NCBI GenBank assembly: GCA_934277435.1
Contig: CAKQUE010000001.1
Location: forward strand, 65,652 to 129,651
Reading direction: 5' to 3'
Length of the DNA: 64,000 bases
DNA from: an uncultured Alphaproteobacteria bacterium
GTDB taxonomy: Bacteria > Pseudomonadota > Alphaproteobacteria > RF32 > CAG-239
Shown: positions 37,594 to 49,586 of the stretch, piece after piece
Numbering within the stretch: the first letter of the stretch is position 1
How the letters are laid out: every line of letters starts with the position of its first letter
Made by a program: the position numbers and the translations under genes
Notes under the pieces: generated by a model
The model's database searches: none
What the model saw: only the letters and a program-made list of their open reading frames with translations
What the model was told of the DNA's origin: nothing

Positions 37594-38718
37594 CTATAAC
37601 TCCTCAATATCACCTTTAGCCTGATTAGCATAAAATTCTGCGGCAAATTCTTGGAGCTTATCATTTTTAATAGCAGCGCGCAGCCCCTGCATCAAGCGTT
37701 CATAATAACGAACATTATGCCATGTAAGCAGCATAATCCCTAAAACTTCATTACATTTTTGCAAATGGTGAATGTAGGCGCGGCTATAATGAGAACATAA
37801 TGGACAATCGCAACCTTCTTCCAGCGGGCGAGAATCTTCGCGGTGACGAGCATTACGGATATTTATCGGTCCATATTTGGTAAAGGCCTGTGCTGTACGT
37901 CCGGAGCGTGTCGGCATAACACAATCAAACATATCAACGCCGCGCAAAACCGCACCGACAATATCATCAGGACGACCAACACCCATTAAATAGCGAGGCT
38001 TATCTTCCGGCAGCATATCCGGCGCATAATCAAGAACTTCAAACATTTTTTCTTGCCCCTCACCGATAGCCAATCCCCCGATTGCATAGCCGTCAAAACC
38101 AATTTCTCGTAAAGCTTTAGCGGATTCCTCTCGCAAATCTTTATAAACATTACCTTGTTGAATACCAAAAATTCCATAGCCTTCACGATCAACAAACGCT
38201 TCTTTGCTGCGTTTTGCCCAACGCATAGACATTCGCATGGATTTGGCGCAAGTTTCATAGGTAGAAGGATATGGCGTACACTCGTCAAGGCACATGGTAA
38301 TATTAGAATCCAATTTATGTTGAATCTTCATGGACTCTTCCGGACTCAAAAAGAATTTTTTTCCATCAACATGTGAACGGAACGTAACCCCTTCTTCGGT
38401 TAATTTGCGCAAACCGCTTAAACTCATAACTTGAAAACCGCCGGAATCGGTCAAGATAGGCTTATTCCAATTCATAAATTTGTGCAAACCACCCATTTTT
38501 TCTACCAAATCTGCCCCTGGACGCAGCATCAAATGATAGGTATTGCCAAGTAAAATCTCCGCGCCGGTCGCCGCTACGCTTTCCGGCATCATAGCCTTAA
38601 CCGTTCCACAAGTTCCCACCGGCATAAATGCTGGCGTATTTACGACACCATGTTTGGTGATTAAACGTCCTAAACGGCTTTTGCCAACTTTTTTATCAAT
38701 TTCAAATTTAAGTCCCAT
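37594..38718 (-). CDS. tgt: Queuine tRNA-ribosyltransferase
   Basis: 374 aa; zinc site CxCxxC...H ([17 protein letters not shown]); catalytic LMLRPGADL / GGL motifs. Confidence 0.9.
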   Translation of the reverse strand: MGLKFEIDKKVGKSRLGRLITKHGVVNTPAFMPVGTCGTVKAMMPESVAATGAEILLGNTYHLMLRPGADLVEKMGGLHKFMNWNKPILTDSGGFQVMSLSGLRKLTEEGVTFRSHVDGKKFFLSPEESMKIQHKLDSNITMCLDECTPYPSTYETCAKSMRMSMRWAKRSKEAFVDREGYGIFGIQQGNVYKDLREESAKALREIGFDGYAIGGLAIGEGQEKMFEVLDYAPDMLPEDKPRYLMGVGRPDDIVGAVLRGVDMFDCVMPTRSGRTAQAFTKYGPINIRNARHREDSRPLEEGCDCPLCSHYSRAYIHHLQKCNEVLGIMLLTWHNVRYYERLMQGLRAAIKNDKLQEFAAEFYANQAKGDIEEL

Positions 38719-38729
38719 GTCATATCCTA

Positions 38730-39884
38730 TTATTTAACTTTTGAACGCGCCGGAATAGGCAACCCAATTCCTTTTTGTAAATTATTTATATTTACGTAAC
38801 CTGTTTCGCCATTGTCAATCATTATTTTAAACCACTTTTTGTTAGGCATATAGCCCACCACCCGAACAGTCTGCCCTTTTATACCATCGGCCAAAACATC
38901 ATAACGGCTATCCGGTCCATAATATATTTTAACACCTTCTTTAAGATGATATAGAGAGCTATCATCGTCTTTGGCGCTGTCAACTTTTATAACTCTGGCT
39001 TCAATCTGGTCATCTGCCACTTTCACTCCACCGATAATCATCTCGGTATAATAGCCTGACTTTTGGTGTTGAGGCAATTTTACTATTCCGATTTTATCTA
39101 AAGAAAACAATGAAAAAACTATACCGACAGCACAAACAAAAACCGGAAGAATCATTTGTCTGGTTCTTAGTTCTGCCGCCGACCATTTTGGCAAAACCAC
39201 GGATTTTTGCGGATGATAATCCAAAATATCAATATACGTTTTCAAAAGTTCATAAGCCCGACTGTCTTTGACAACTTGTAAAAACGCCTGCTTGGCATAT
39301 AACCAAGCCATATCCTTGCGGCCAATATTGTCATAAGCGACAGAATTATGAATCAATAATTTCAGATTATCCTCATCTTCCGCACTCGCTGCCTGTAAAT
39401 TATATTTTATGGCTTTGATATTTTCCTTAAAAGGCTTAATACCCCACCAACCTCTGAGCCAATTGGATATAGAAGTGGTCAAAACCATATCTTTGGCTTC
39501 GTAATAATTACAGATATCTTTGGTGTTTTTTATTTTATAACCGTTTAAACCGGCATAAACTCTACGCTGCTTTAAAACTCTTAGCGCCGCATCTTCTTTA
39601 CCTTGTTGGTTTTTATAAACCTTCAATGCCTCCATATCCGGAAAATCTTTTTCTTCATAAACTAATGACAACAAATCATACTTCAGACGTTTTTTTTGGT
39701 CTTTTAATAAATTATAGGCCACTGATATTTTTTGAAAAACTTCCACAGCGTTGGGATCATCATTATGGTCAGGATGCCAAAACTTAGCTCTGTCATAGTA
39801 TTGCTGCTTAATTAAAGACAAAGGCGCATTTGGGGTTACTTCCAAAACTCGATAATATCCCATACCATCGTAATTATAACTCAC
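38730..39884 (-). CDS. J-domain membrane protein with a C-terminal SH3-like domain
   Basis: N-terminal DnaJ domain with HPD (YYRVLEV...FWHPDHN), a central TM segment ([18 protein letters not shown]), and an SH3b-like C-terminal region. Confidence 0.55.
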   Translation of the reverse strand: MSYNYDGMGYYRVLEVTPNAPLSLIKQQYYDRAKFWHPDHNDDPNAVEVFQKISVAYNLLKDQKKRLKYDLLSLVYEEKDFPDMEALKVYKNQQGKEDAALRVLKQRRVYAGLNGYKIKNTKDICNYYEAKDMVLTTSISNWLRGWWGIKPFKENIKAIKYNLQAASAEDEDNLKLLIHNSVAYDNIGRKDMAWLYAKQAFLQVVKDSRAYELLKTYIDILDYHPQKSVVLPKWSAAELRTRQMILPVFVCAVGIVFSLFSLDKIGIVKLPQHQKSGYYTEMIIGGVKVADDQIEARVIKVDSAKDDDSSLYHLKEGVKIYYGPDSRYDVLADGIKGQTVRVVGYMPNKKWFKIMIDNGETGYVNINNLQKGIGLPIPARSKVK

Positions 39885-40677
39885 TTTCCGTCTCCTTTAT
39901 CCATAATTTTCGGGCTATGTTAACCACATCTTCCGCCGCCTCAGAATTAGGATATCTATTCAGCAACAAAACATGGTTGCGAATAGCGTCCCTAACCTTT
40001 GTATCACGGCGGACAATCCCCAAAAGCTTTGGCGTTGCCGTCATATATTGCTCGCAAGCACGACGCAGCGTATCATATGTACGCAGACCTTCTTCATAAG
40101 AATTAGCATAGTTTATGACTATTTGCAAACTCTTATATGAAAGATTATAGGCATTTTTCTGAATAAAATCATAGGTTGACACCAAATTTGACGGATCACT
40201 GGTACAAACCAAGATAATATCAGACAAAGGCAACAGGTTGTATAAAATTTTTTCGGAAAAAGGTAAGTCGACCACAACCTTATTGTAATTTTGCGCCAAC
40301 AATGAAAGTTCTTCACGCAAAATCTGCAGTCGGCCTATTGGCACATCTTCAAGCAAATCGCTACCTGATTGACCGCTAATGACATCAAATTTCTTTTTAT
40401 TAATCGGAGTAATAGTCTGATTAAGCGTAATTTTGCCTTCTATAACCTGATTTAGATAATTTTTATATGGTATATCTAACTGGAAATCAGTGTTCAGCAA
40501 ACCATTATTCGCATCAAATAATAAAACACTATCCCGCAGCAAGTTGAGTGCATGCGCCAACGTAACAGACAGCCACGTTTTCCCCATGCTGCCCAAACCG
40601 GAAGTTACGCCGATAATGTGTGAAGGCGGCGTCAAAAACAAATTCTTGTCAATTTTTATATTATCTCTATTTATCAT
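39874..40677 (-). CDS. MinD/ParA-like P-loop protein with a degenerate deviant Walker A motif
   Basis: GVTSGLGSMGKTWLSVTLAHAL replaces the canonical KGGxGKTT; the signature Lys is absent. 267 aa; overlaps the downstream J-domain gene by 11 nt. Confidence 0.45.
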   Translation of the reverse strand: MINRDNIKIDKNLFLTPPSHIIGVTSGLGSMGKTWLSVTLAHALNLLRDSVLLFDANNGLLNTDFQLDIPYKNYLNQVIEGKITLNQTITPINKKKFDVISGQSGSDLLEDVPIGRLQILREELSLLAQNYNKVVVDLPFSEKILYNLLPLSDIILVCTSDPSNLVSTYDFIQKNAYNLSYKSLQIVINYANSYEEGLRTYDTLRRACEQYMTATPKLLGIVRRDTKVRDAIRNHVLLLNRYPNSEAAEDVVNIARKLWIKETESEL

Positions 40678-40796
40678 CTTGTACTTTTCAGATTTTATTA
40701 TTATGATAGTGGCAAATTTCTATTTTTTATGCAATGAGTTAAAATCTTTTTAACACAATTTATTTATATTTAAGCATAATTATATGAGGAGCTATA

Positions 40797-41774
40797 ATGA
40801 AAAAATTTTTAACTATGATGGTTTTTATCTGTTCGGCTTTTATCCAAAGTGCCGAAGCTCAGCATATGATAAAAGAAGAAAATTATTTGACTAAAGATTT
40901 AATTTACGGCGGCGTTCCGGATTATCCTCCTTTTTCGGAATATACACTGATTACAAACACTATGAATCCGAAATTGATTTATGAGAGCGCGTTTTTAAAA
41001 CCTGTACAGAAAATAGCCGCAAAACATAAATTTAAAATTAAGATGACTAGCTCGATAAATGTTCCTACGCTTGAGCAAAATATCTTAAATATTCGAAGCG
41101 GAGATATCCAATTATTTTTTGGCGCCTATGCAAATACAAAACTTTTTACCGGTATAGAATTGATTTATCCGGCGTCGGTTTCCAATCCAATCCATGTTAT
41201 AACCTTGCCGGAAACACAAGAAAAAATAAAAAGCACCAAAGATTTGGTGGCTATGAAGGGAATTGTCTGCAAATCTGAATATTTCAGTGATTTTGTCTTG
41301 AGAAAAATTAAGCCTTTGAATATAACTTATGTTGAAACACCTTATAAGGCTTATGAAGCCTTGTTTACCGGAGAAGCCGATTATATTTTAGGCAGTATGT
41401 ATTATAACCGAATTATGGCCAGTCGCTATGGTATTGAACAATATTTAGCTTTTTCAACCAAGCCTTTGTTCAAAATTCCTACATTTGTCGCACTTTCTAA
41501 ATTGATGCCGCAAATGTCTTTGTATGAAAAAGATTTGAGTTCAGAATTTTCTAAGCCAGAATTTGGAAACGAGGTCAAAAAAGAAATACTGCGCATTGTT
41601 GAAAATGAAATTACCAAAAATCAGGGTATTGTACCGCCTGCTTTTGCTAAAAAAACAGAACAAGAAACTGCTTTACCGGTTGTAGACCTTCCGGGTGAAA
41701 AAGACAATGGCGGAAAAATTGTTGAACAGAAAACAGAAGAAAAGTCTTTTGACGAAGTTCTTGACGGTATTTAA
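40797..41774 (+). CDS. Periplasmic solute-binding-protein-like protein (orphan)
   Basis: Signal peptide MKKFLTMMVFICSAFIQSAEA; size and composition like family-3 substrate-binding proteins; no transporter genes adjacent. Confidence 0.35.
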   Translation: MKKFLTMMVFICSAFIQSAEAQHMIKEENYLTKDLIYGGVPDYPPFSEYTLITNTMNPKLIYESAFLKPVQKIAAKHKFKIKMTSSINVPTLEQNILNIRSGDIQLFFGAYANTKLFTGIELIYPASVSNPIHVITLPETQEKIKSTKDLVAMKGIVCKSEYFSDFVLRKIKPLNITYVETPYKAYEALFTGEADYILGSMYYNRIMASRYGIEQYLAFSTKPLFKIPTFVALSKLMPQMSLYEKDLSSEFSKPEFGNEVKKEILRIVENEITKNQGIVPPAFAKKTEQETALPVVDLPGEKDNGGKIVEQKTEEKSFDEVLDGI

Positions 41775-41786
41775 GGAGTGATATAA

Positions 41787-42452
41787 ATGGTTCTTTTGGT
41801 TCATAACAGCGTTTTGCCTCATTGCCGGAAAATCAGAATTCTGATGTCCGAAAAGAAAATGCTGTTTGTTTTAAAAGAAGAAAATCCATGGATGCTTTCT
41901 AAGGATATAATGAAAATAAATCCAGCAGGCGAACTACCAGTTTTTATTTATGACGGCAATATTATTTCTGGAAATTATGCTATTACAGAATTTTTGGAAG
42001 AAACTTATACTCAAAACCGCTTAATCAACGGTAACAACAAAGAACGCGCTGAAGTCAGACGCTTAATTGATTGGTTTGATAATAAATTTAACCGCGAAGT
42101 TTATCAATATATCGCCGGAGAAAAAATATATAAAAGGTTTGCACTTAAACAACCCCCTGAATCTCGGCGCATTAAAGCTGGAATCAACAACTTGCGTTTC
42201 CACTTGGAATACATTGACTGGATAACAGAAAGAAACAACTATTTGGCCGGCAATAACTTTTCATTGGCAGATATTAGCGCCGCCGCGCAACTTTCTATTA
42301 TTGATTATTTGGGCGATGTACCTTGGGAAGATTATAAAAATGCCAAACTTTGGTATTCTAAAATAAAATCTCGTCCAAGTTTCAAAGATATATTAAACGA
42401 CAGATTCAAGGGAATCTATCCATCAACTCATTATAATGACTTGGATTTTTAG
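41787..42452 (+). CDS. Glutathione S-transferase family protein
   Basis: N-terminal thioredoxin-like GST domain (ELPVFIYDGNIISGNYAITEFLEE) followed by a C-terminal helical domain. Confidence 0.65.
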   Translation: MVLLVHNSVLPHCRKIRILMSEKKMLFVLKEENPWMLSKDIMKINPAGELPVFIYDGNIISGNYAITEFLEETYTQNRLINGNNKERAEVRRLIDWFDNKFNREVYQYIAGEKIYKRFALKQPPESRRIKAGINNLRFHLEYIDWITERNNYLAGNNFSLADISAAAQLSIIDYLGDVPWEDYKNAKLWYSKIKSRPSFKDILNDRFKGIYPSTHYNDLDF

Positions 42453-42912
42453 CATGAGATATATACTGTTTTTAGTTACTGTTTTTTTAAGTTCTTGCTC
42501 TTCTTGGGGAGGGAAAGGACAAATTATATATCACTGGGAAAGAGAACGCACCGGTGTGCAAAAATTTTCTCGCGATCACTCCGAATGTCTGAAACAAGCA
42601 GAAGGTTGGTTTCATTGGCCGGATATCAGCAGTTGGTTTTATTCTGAAGAATACCGCTACAATATTGTTGTAGACTGGCATAAATCTAAAGGCATTTGGG
42701 CCAGTTATGTTCCTTATCGCGGAGCTTCTCCTTTATTGGTAAATTCAATTAGAGATTCTGCGGATTCCAACCCGCGTGAATACCGTCTTTGCATGGAAGC
42801 GAAAGGTTATTGGCATAGGACCTATGATATTCCGACAGTTACAAACGTTTTTGTATACAATCCGCAAAAAGGTACCGATTACGTGCCTTTGGAAGATGTT
42901 TACAGCAAATAA
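42436..42912 (+). CDS. Hypothetical lipoprotein
   Basis: Lipobox LSSC after a signal peptide; 158 aa. Confidence 0.45.
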   Translation: MTWIFSMRYILFLVTVFLSSCSSWGGKGQIIYHWERERTGVQKFSRDHSECLKQAEGWFHWPDISSWFYSEEYRYNIVVDWHKSKGIWASYVPYRGASPLLVNSIRDSADSNPREYRLCMEAKGYWHRTYDIPTVTNVFVYNPQKGTDYVPLEDVYSK

Positions 42913-44294
42913 CCGCCACCGCTAGCTTTATAATAAGCCACCAAATTTTGAAAAATTTGCGCGCGGCTTTCTATGCTGCTGTTTTGAGCATTAAGTCGAT
43001 TTTGTTCAAAAGTTGCATAATCGGAAAATTCTATTAAGCCATTACGATATCTTTCTGCGGCAGAGTTTACAACGTTGTTCATTCTAAATAGTGCGGCATT
43101 TTTTGACTTGTTACTTTTTATTTCATTTTGAACGGAGGTCATGGCGTTTTTTAGTTCTGACACCGCAGATAAAACAACTTTTTTATATTGCGCCAAAGCC
43201 TCGGCTTTAACCTGCCGCTGCTTTTCAACCTGATTCTGCAATCGGTTCCAATCTAAAAGCGGTAAAGTCACTAAAGGCTTGTAACTGTAGCCCTGACTTT
43301 TGGAATTAAATAAGCTATTGCCGCCGCTGGCCGCATAACCCCATAAAGCCGAAACACTGACATCTGGATATAAATCTGCCACCGCCGCGCCGATTAAAGC
43401 ATTTTGGGCTATCACATTTTGTTCTGCAGCAGCCACGTCCGGACGACTGCGAATTACATACGCCGGCAAATCATACATAGCCGAGGTGTTAAATTCGTAA
43501 ACATTCATAAAAATCGGCGAGCGTTTTTTAACATCTAAAGGCAATTGCGATGGCAAAACTCCGGCTAAAACACTTAAAGCATTTTTATATTGTTCAATTT
43601 GGCTTTCTAATGCTGGAATTTGCGCATTCGTATTATCCAACAAATATTCAGCCTGATTATAAGCAATATCATCGGCCAAACCGCTTTGATATTTTGCGTG
43701 TACGGTATTAAAAATATCTTTTTGCAAAGCAAGATTTTGTTTGGCTATCCGTAATTTTTCGGCAGCTAGCTTCAAATTTATATAATTAACTGCCAGCTCG
43801 GCTGTCACTATGGCTTTTACGTTGCTAAGAGAATACTCTTCTGCTTTTACCATCGCTAAAGCGGCTTCATCTTGCCGACGTCCTTTACCCCATAAATCCA
43901 GCTCCCACGACGCATCAAAACCGGCAGAATAATATTGGCTATCCGCAGCCGCGCCGATATTTTTACTCACTTTTTGATAATTATATCCGCCTTGAGCACC
44001 GATTTGCGGTAAAAAAGCCGTTTGAGTTATTCTTAGTTCGGCTCTAGCTTGCTTTAATCTAGTCACGGCCAGTTCAATATCCGTATTATTTTTTAATCCC
44101 AATTCTATCAAGCGGTTTAACTGTTCGTCACCAAACAAAGCATACCAATTTTTCGGTATTTGATGTTTTTTTTGTAACTGTAATTCTTGTTTTATTACCA
44201 CATCGCTATAGGTTTCCGTTTTTTTATAATTTGGTCCGACAGTACAAGATACAGCTATTATTAAAGAAAGAAAAACAACAGATTTTTTAAGCAT
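42900..44294 (-). CDS. RND efflux outer-membrane factor lipoprotein (NodT/OprM family)
   Basis: The start at 44294 has RBS AAGGAG. Lipobox AVSC; two TolC-like repeat halves. The ORF-track start at 44351 is a TTG. Confidence 0.8.
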   Translation of the reverse strand: MLKKSVVFLSLIIAVSCTVGPNYKKTETYSDVVIKQELQLQKKHQIPKNWYALFGDEQLNRLIELGLKNNTDIELAVTRLKQARAELRITQTAFLPQIGAQGGYNYQKVSKNIGAAADSQYYSAGFDASWELDLWGKGRRQDEAALAMVKAEEYSLSNVKAIVTAELAVNYINLKLAAEKLRIAKQNLALQKDIFNTVHAKYQSGLADDIAYNQAEYLLDNTNAQIPALESQIEQYKNALSVLAGVLPSQLPLDVKKRSPIFMNVYEFNTSAMYDLPAYVIRSRPDVAAAEQNVIAQNALIGAAVADLYPDVSVSALWGYAASGGNSLFNSKSQGYSYKPLVTLPLLDWNRLQNQVEKQRQVKAEALAQYKKVVLSAVSELKNAMTSVQNEIKSNKSKNAALFRMNNVVNSAAERYRNGLIEFSDYATFEQNRLNAQNSSIESRAQIFQNLVAYYKASGGGYLL

Positions 44295-47200
44295 TGCTAT
44301 CTCCTTTTGCCTTTGAGGCGAAATATTCTTTAACATGTTCAAAAAAAGCAAATAGAGGCGGAATAAAAATAATTCCGATTAATGTTGCCGCTATCATTCC
44401 ATAAAACACCGACGAACCAATGGCTATTTGCGAACTTGCACCGGCACCGGTGGCCACAATCATTGGGAATACACCCAAAATAAAAGTGAATGCCGTCATC
44501 AAAACAGCTCTATACCGCTCCTCGGCCCCTCGACGCGCTGCTTCAGTAATGCTTAAACCCTGCTCACGATACATTTTTGTAAACTCTACAATCAATATAG
44601 CGTTTTTTGCCGCAAGGCCAATCAGCATAATCAGCCCCAACTGCGCATAAATACTCAATGACTGTCCCATAAGCCATAATCCGACCAGCGCGCCTAAAAT
44701 CGCAAATATTGTGGAAAATATAACCGATAGTGCCAAAAGCCAACTTTCGTACAAAGCGACTAAAAACAAATAGCAAAACACCACCGCCAAACTAATAAGA
44801 ATTACCGCCAAGCCTCTTGTTTCCACTTCTTGCAAACTCAATCCAGTCCACCATATATCATATTCTTTCGGCAGTACTTTTTCTAAGTTTTCTAATTCGG
44901 ACAAAGCTGTTCCGCTGCTGATGCCGTCTTTTGACATAGCTGTCACCGCGGCTGCCGTATATTGATTAAATCGATAAATTGTCTTTGGCGAAAGCTCTGT
45001 TTTTATATCGGCGAAACTATTTACTCTAATTAATTTTCCATCGCTGGAACGGGCATATAATTTACCAATATCCGACAACTGCTTACGATAAGAATAATCA
45101 GCCTGCACAATTACCTTGTTAACCTGACCGCTTAAAGTGATATTATTGATATAGCAAGAACCAAGATTGTTTTGCAAGGTGGCAAACAATGAAGAAACCG
45201 GAACTTTATAGTACTCTGATTTTTTTCTATCAATATCTAAATATATGTGCGGAGTTTGCGCCGTAAATGTACTGAACGCATAGTCAAAATATCCGCTTTT
45301 GTTCACCGATTGCAAATAGCTCATTAGCTGAGCATATAGTTCTTGCGGCGGAGTATTGCCGTTCATTGTGACAAATTCCAGCGAAATACCATTGCTTTGT
45401 CCCACCCCAGGGATTGCGGGAGGAGCAAAAAAATTAATAGTAGCTTTTTTATTACCCATAAATAGCTGCCGTAGTTCTTTGCTTATACCCTCTATGGAAA
45501 GATTTTTAGCGCTGCGTTCTGACCAATTATCCAATCCGATAACCCCTAAAGCCACATTTTCGCCGCTGCCACCCAACATACTGTATCCAGCAACAGAAAT
45601 AAAATATTTAACTCCTTTTGTCTTAAGAATTTTATCATTCATTTCACTCAGCACTTGATTTGTTTCATTTATGCTAGCCGTATCTTGAAGCTGGACATTA
45701 GCAAAAATTATGCCTTGGTCTTCTTCCGGTAAAAATGAGGTTGGAGTATACACAAAACCGCAAATGATAAACATTATAACCGCAGTCACCAACAGTAACA
45801 TCGTTTTTAGGTGTTCTGACAAATACACAACCGCCCGCAAATAGTGCTTTTTACTTTTATCTAACACTTTATCAAACCAAGCAAAAAAGCCGCGCGGTTC
45901 AGAATTTTCATCTCCTTGCAAAAAAATTGCACACAAAGCCGGACTCAGTGTTAGCGCATTAATAGCCGAAAAAGTAACCGCTGTAGCTATAGTTACTGCA
46001 AATTGCTGATATATTTTGCCGGTAATACCCGCCATTAAGCCAACAGGAATAAAAATAGCCAGCAAAACAAATGTTGTTGCCACAATCGCACTGCCGATTT
46101 CTTGCATGGCTGTGATTGCCGCCGTTTTAGCGTCTTGCTTTTGTGTCAGGATTAGATATTGCACGCGTTCAACCACGATAATTGCATCATCAACCACCAA
46201 ACCAATAGCCAGAATCATAGCAAAAAGAGTTAAAATATTAATATTAAATCCCAACAAATAAACAACAATAAATGTCGCTATCAAAGAAACCGGAATAGTA
46301 AACAATGGTATTAAAGTTGTTTTTATTTTTTGCAAAAAAACATACGTCACCAACACAACCAGCAAAAAAGTGATTATCAGCGTATCAATAATACTTTGTA
46401 TTGACGCACGCACATAATCGGTTGAATCGTATGCAACCTCCAAATCCATATCTTCGGGCATAACTTCCGATAAATCGGCAATTTTTTTGCGCAGATTCTT
46501 TACAATTTGCAAAGAGTTGGAATTTGGCAGCTGATTAATAGCCATAATCAAAGCCGGTGCATTGTTATAACCTGATTTAATATTATAAGTATCTGCTCCT
46601 AGTTCTATTTTTGCCACATCTTTTAAATATATCTGCGCTCCGTCAACTGATGAGGCGACAACAATATTTTCAAAATCACGCACGCTGTTAAGCAAGCCTT
46701 TGGCAGTTAAAGACAAAACTATTTTATTATCTTTGGCACTCGGCGCCGAACCAATACTACCCACAGATGCCTGCACATTTTGACTTTTTACGGCATTCAT
46801 CACATCTGTGCTGTTTAAGCCCAAAGCATTCAGCTTGTCCAAGTTCAGCCAAATACGCATACTATATTGCGGACCAAAAATTTGCACCTCGCCTACGCCT
46901 TTAACTCGGGATAAAGCATTTTTAATATTGGTATAAGCATAGTTGCTCAAAAATAAATCATTATAAGTATGGTTTGGGGAGCGTAAAACCAACAAAGCTA
47001 AAATATTTGGATTTTGCGTTTTGACACTAACGCCATATTGGTTAACTTCATCGGGCAATTCCGCGGTTACTTGCTGCAGCCGATTTTGCACTTTTACTTG
47101 CGCTATATCGGCATCGGTTCCAACATCGAAAGTAACTGTTAAATTATATGAACCGTTGTCATCTGAAGATGATGACATATAAAGCATATTTTCAACGCCG

Positions 47201-47412
47201 TTAATTTCATTTTCTATTGGAACCGCCACAGTATCGACCAAAACTTTTGCTCCCGCACCTGAATAGGTTGTAGAAACTACAATTTGCGGCGGAGTAATTT
47301 CGGGATATTGCGCCACCGGCAAAACCGCTAATGACAATAATCCCAAAATAATCAGCACAATAGAAAGCACTATTGCAAAACGCGGACGATTAATGAAAAA
47401 CGCCGAAAACAT
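44287..47412 (-). CDS. RND multidrug efflux permease (AcrB/HAE1 family)
   Basis: 1041 aa, 12 TM segments, two large periplasmic loops, conserved AcrB-like N-terminus ([20 protein letters not shown]). Confidence 0.9.
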   Translation of the reverse strand: MFSAFFINRPRFAIVLSIVLIILGLLSLAVLPVAQYPEITPPQIVVSTTYSGAGAKVLVDTVAVPIENEINGVENMLYMSSSSDDNGSYNLTVTFDVGTDADIAQVKVQNRLQQVTAELPDEVNQYGVSVKTQNPNILALLVLRSPNHTYNDLFLSNYAYTNIKNALSRVKGVGEVQIFGPQYSMRIWLNLDKLNALGLNSTDVMNAVKSQNVQASVGSIGSAPSAKDNKIVLSLTAKGLLNSVRDFENIVVASSVDGAQIYLKDVAKIELGADTYNIKSGYNNAPALIMAINQLPNSNSLQIVKNLRKKIADLSEVMPEDMDLEVAYDSTDYVRASIQSIIDTLIITFLLVVLVTYVFLQKIKTTLIPLFTIPVSLIATFIVVYLLGFNINILTLFAMILAIGLVVDDAIIVVERVQYLILTQKQDAKTAAITAMQEIGSAIVATTFVLLAIFIPVGLMAGITGKIYQQFAVTIATAVTFSAINALTLSPALCAIFLQGDENSEPRGFFAWFDKVLDKSKKHYLRAVVYLSEHLKTMLLLVTAVIMFIICGFVYTPTSFLPEEDQGIIFANVQLQDTASINETNQVLSEMNDKILKTKGVKYFISVAGYSMLGGSGENVALGVIGLDNWSERSAKNLSIEGISKELRQLFMGNKKATINFFAPPAIPGVGQSNGISLEFVTMNGNTPPQELYAQLMSYLQSVNKSGYFDYAFSTFTAQTPHIYLDIDRKKSEYYKVPVSSLFATLQNNLGSCYINNITLSGQVNKVIVQADYSYRKQLSDIGKLYARSSDGKLIRVNSFADIKTELSPKTIYRFNQYTAAAVTAMSKDGISSGTALSELENLEKVLPKEYDIWWTGLSLQEVETRGLAVILISLAVVFCYLFLVALYESWLLALSVIFSTIFAILGALVGLWLMGQSLSIYAQLGLIMLIGLAAKNAILIVEFTKMYREQGLSITEAARRGAEERYRAVLMTAFTFILGVFPMIVATGAGASSQIAIGSSVFYGMIAATLIGIIFIPPLFAFFEHVKEYFASKAKGDSNA

Positions 47413-47415
47413 AGC

Positions 47416-48552
47416 TTATTTCTCCTCTTTCTGAACATTTTTAATTTTTACTTTTTGGCCAATTAAACTTGGTTCTATTTCTTGAGTTATAAGCCATGTG
47501 TTTGTTTTAAAAGTATTCTTAACCACAAAGTCATTACCTTTTTCGGCCTCTACATCTACTGGAAGCTGCGCCACTGTATTGTCTTGTACCACATACACAA
47601 AATAGCCGTTATCTTTCAATTGAACCAAATCTTTTGAAATTAACGCCGCATTTTTATAGGTATGCTCCAACAAAACTTTTACATAAGCGTTTGGAATGAG
47701 TACACGCTGCGGATTTTCAAACTCAGCATAGACAGCTAAAGAATTTGAAGCTTTATCCAAAACATTTTCCGTATAAATTATCTGACCTTTATACGGATAG
47801 TCTTGCCCATTTGAAAGCTGCAACTTCACCGCATCGGCAAAAAGATTTTTATATTGCAGAAACTCTTTATCTGTTACCGAAAAAATTACACGCGCCGGAT
47901 TATATTGCACTATACGAACCAGATTACTTGTAGATGGAGAAATAAAATTACCAACCGAAGCATTTATATTGCCCAAAACACCGTCAAACGGCGCGGTAAT
48001 CTTGGTATATCCCAAATTTATACCGGCGGTTTCTAAATTAGCTTCGGCTTGTTTTAAATTGGCTTGCGCCGTAAGATAAGCCGTTTTTGCGTTGTCGAGT
48101 TCTGTTTGCGACACAGCTTTTTTTCCGGCTTTAAGCAAACGTTGGTATTGGCTTTCGGCATTATTTAAATCTGCTGCACCTGATAAAACAGCGGCATACG
48201 CCGAATCCAAAGCAGCCTTATATTCTTCTTGACGCAGCATTATAACAGTGTCGCCTTTTTTAACCTGCTGCCCGCTGTCAACCGGAATTTCAGCAATATA
48301 TCCGCTCAAATACGGTACCAAATAAACACTGTTGACCGCCACAACACTACCAATAAAACTCTGGGCAACCATTATGTTTTCTGGCGGCAGCTGCGTAGCC
48401 TGCACCTCAATTTCTTTTTCTTTAAAATTTTGCAAAGCCGGCTGTTTTTTATGATTATACAACAGCCAGCCTCCGCCGATAATTACTAGTAATAAAAAGA
48501 TAATCAGCCAATTTTTGAAAGTGTCTTTTTTCATATTATCTCCAATCTGCAA
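47416..48552 (-). CDS. RND efflux periplasmic adaptor (membrane fusion protein)
   Basis: Signal anchor, coiled-coil hairpin, lipoyl and beta-barrel regions; operon order adaptor-pump-OMF. Confidence 0.8.
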   Translation of the reverse strand: MQIGDNMKKDTFKNWLIIFLLLVIIGGGWLLYNHKKQPALQNFKEKEIEVQATQLPPENIMVAQSFIGSVVAVNSVYLVPYLSGYIAEIPVDSGQQVKKGDTVIMLRQEEYKAALDSAYAAVLSGAADLNNAESQYQRLLKAGKKAVSQTELDNAKTAYLTAQANLKQAEANLETAGINLGYTKITAPFDGVLGNINASVGNFISPSTSNLVRIVQYNPARVIFSVTDKEFLQYKNLFADAVKLQLSNGQDYPYKGQIIYTENVLDKASNSLAVYAEFENPQRVLIPNAYVKVLLEHTYKNAALISKDLVQLKDNGYFVYVVQDNTVAQLPVDVEAEKGNDFVVKNTFKTNTWLITQEIEPSLIGQKVKIKNVQKEEK

Positions 48553-48605
48553 ATAGTTAGATAGACTCTAGATATATGGCAAAAAGCACTTTTCAAGTAA
48601 TGATG

Positions 48606-49490
48606 TTATTGCAAAACCTCGATGGCTTTAGAAATTTTGCGGATAGAGTTAAGTTCTATTTGGCGGACACGTTCTTTAGAAATATTATAAGTTTGGCTTA
48701 AATCTTCCAAAGTTATATTTTCCTCACTCATGCGCCGTTTGAACAAAATATCTTTTTCGCGCGGATTTAGTACCGTTATAGCCTGATTAAACAAGCGGCG
48801 GCGATAATTCATAGTTTCTTTGTAAGCATAGCGCTCTTCTTGTGTCGGCTTACCGTCAGAAATAAAATCCATCCATTCTGACGTATGGTCTGAGTCACTA
48901 TCTATGGGTGAATTAAGCGAACCATCATGGGCTTTTAGACGAGTGTTCATCTCGGTGACTTCTTGCACGCTGACATCTAACGACTGTGCTATATTTTTTA
49001 AAATGTCGGAAGAAAGCTCTCTGTCATCGACTAAATTCAAACTATTTTTAATTTTACGCAAATTGAAAAACAATTTTTTCTGCGCCGCAGTTGTCCCCAA
49101 TTTAACTAAAGACCACGAATTTAAAATATATTTTTGCACCGAAGCTTTTATCCACCACAAAGCATAAGTAGAAAACCTAAAACCTTTATCCGGCTCAAAC
49201 TTATCTACTGCATATAAAAGCCCCATATTTCCTTCTGATATCATTTCACTGACCGGCAATCCATATCCCTTATAACGTGAAACGACCTTAACAACCAAAC
49301 GCAAATGCGAGGTAATAAGCTGATAGGCAACATCTTTATTGCCGGTTTCTTTATACTTCATCGCTAATTTATATTCTTCTTCCTGCGTTAGAATCGGATA
49401 TTTGCGAATATTTTGCAAGTATCGGGCCAAATTTATTTCCGGAGAAAAATCAATTCCGGTAAGTGCTGTTAAATTTTCCATATCTATCAC
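48606..49490 (-). CDS. rpoH: RNA polymerase sigma-32 (heat shock sigma factor)
   Basis: Sigma-70 regions 2 and 4 and the RpoH box QKKLFFNLRK. Confidence 0.85.
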   Translation of the reverse strand: MIDMENLTALTGIDFSPEINLARYLQNIRKYPILTQEEEYKLAMKYKETGNKDVAYQLITSHLRLVVKVVSRYKGYGLPVSEMISEGNMGLLYAVDKFEPDKGFRFSTYALWWIKASVQKYILNSWSLVKLGTTAAQKKLFFNLRKIKNSLNLVDDRELSSDILKNIAQSLDVSVQEVTEMNTRLKAHDGSLNSPIDSDSDHTSEWMDFISDGKPTQEERYAYKETMNYRRRLFNQAITVLNPREKDILFKRRMSEENITLEDLSQTYNISKERVRQIELNSIRKISKAIEVLQ

Positions 49491-49586
49491 TTCCCCTGTT
49501 AGTTGTTTTTGAGTATGATATATGCGAAAAAAACAGCAGACAACCTATACTTTAGTTTTATTTTTTTAGTAAATATCAACTAAAGA

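Noticed and set aside
44336-44351. Longer N-terminus of the NodT-family lipoprotein (ORF-track start 44351)
   Set aside because: That start is a TTG with no SD. The Met at 44294 has AAGGAG at ideal spacing and is immediately followed by the signal peptide and lipobox.
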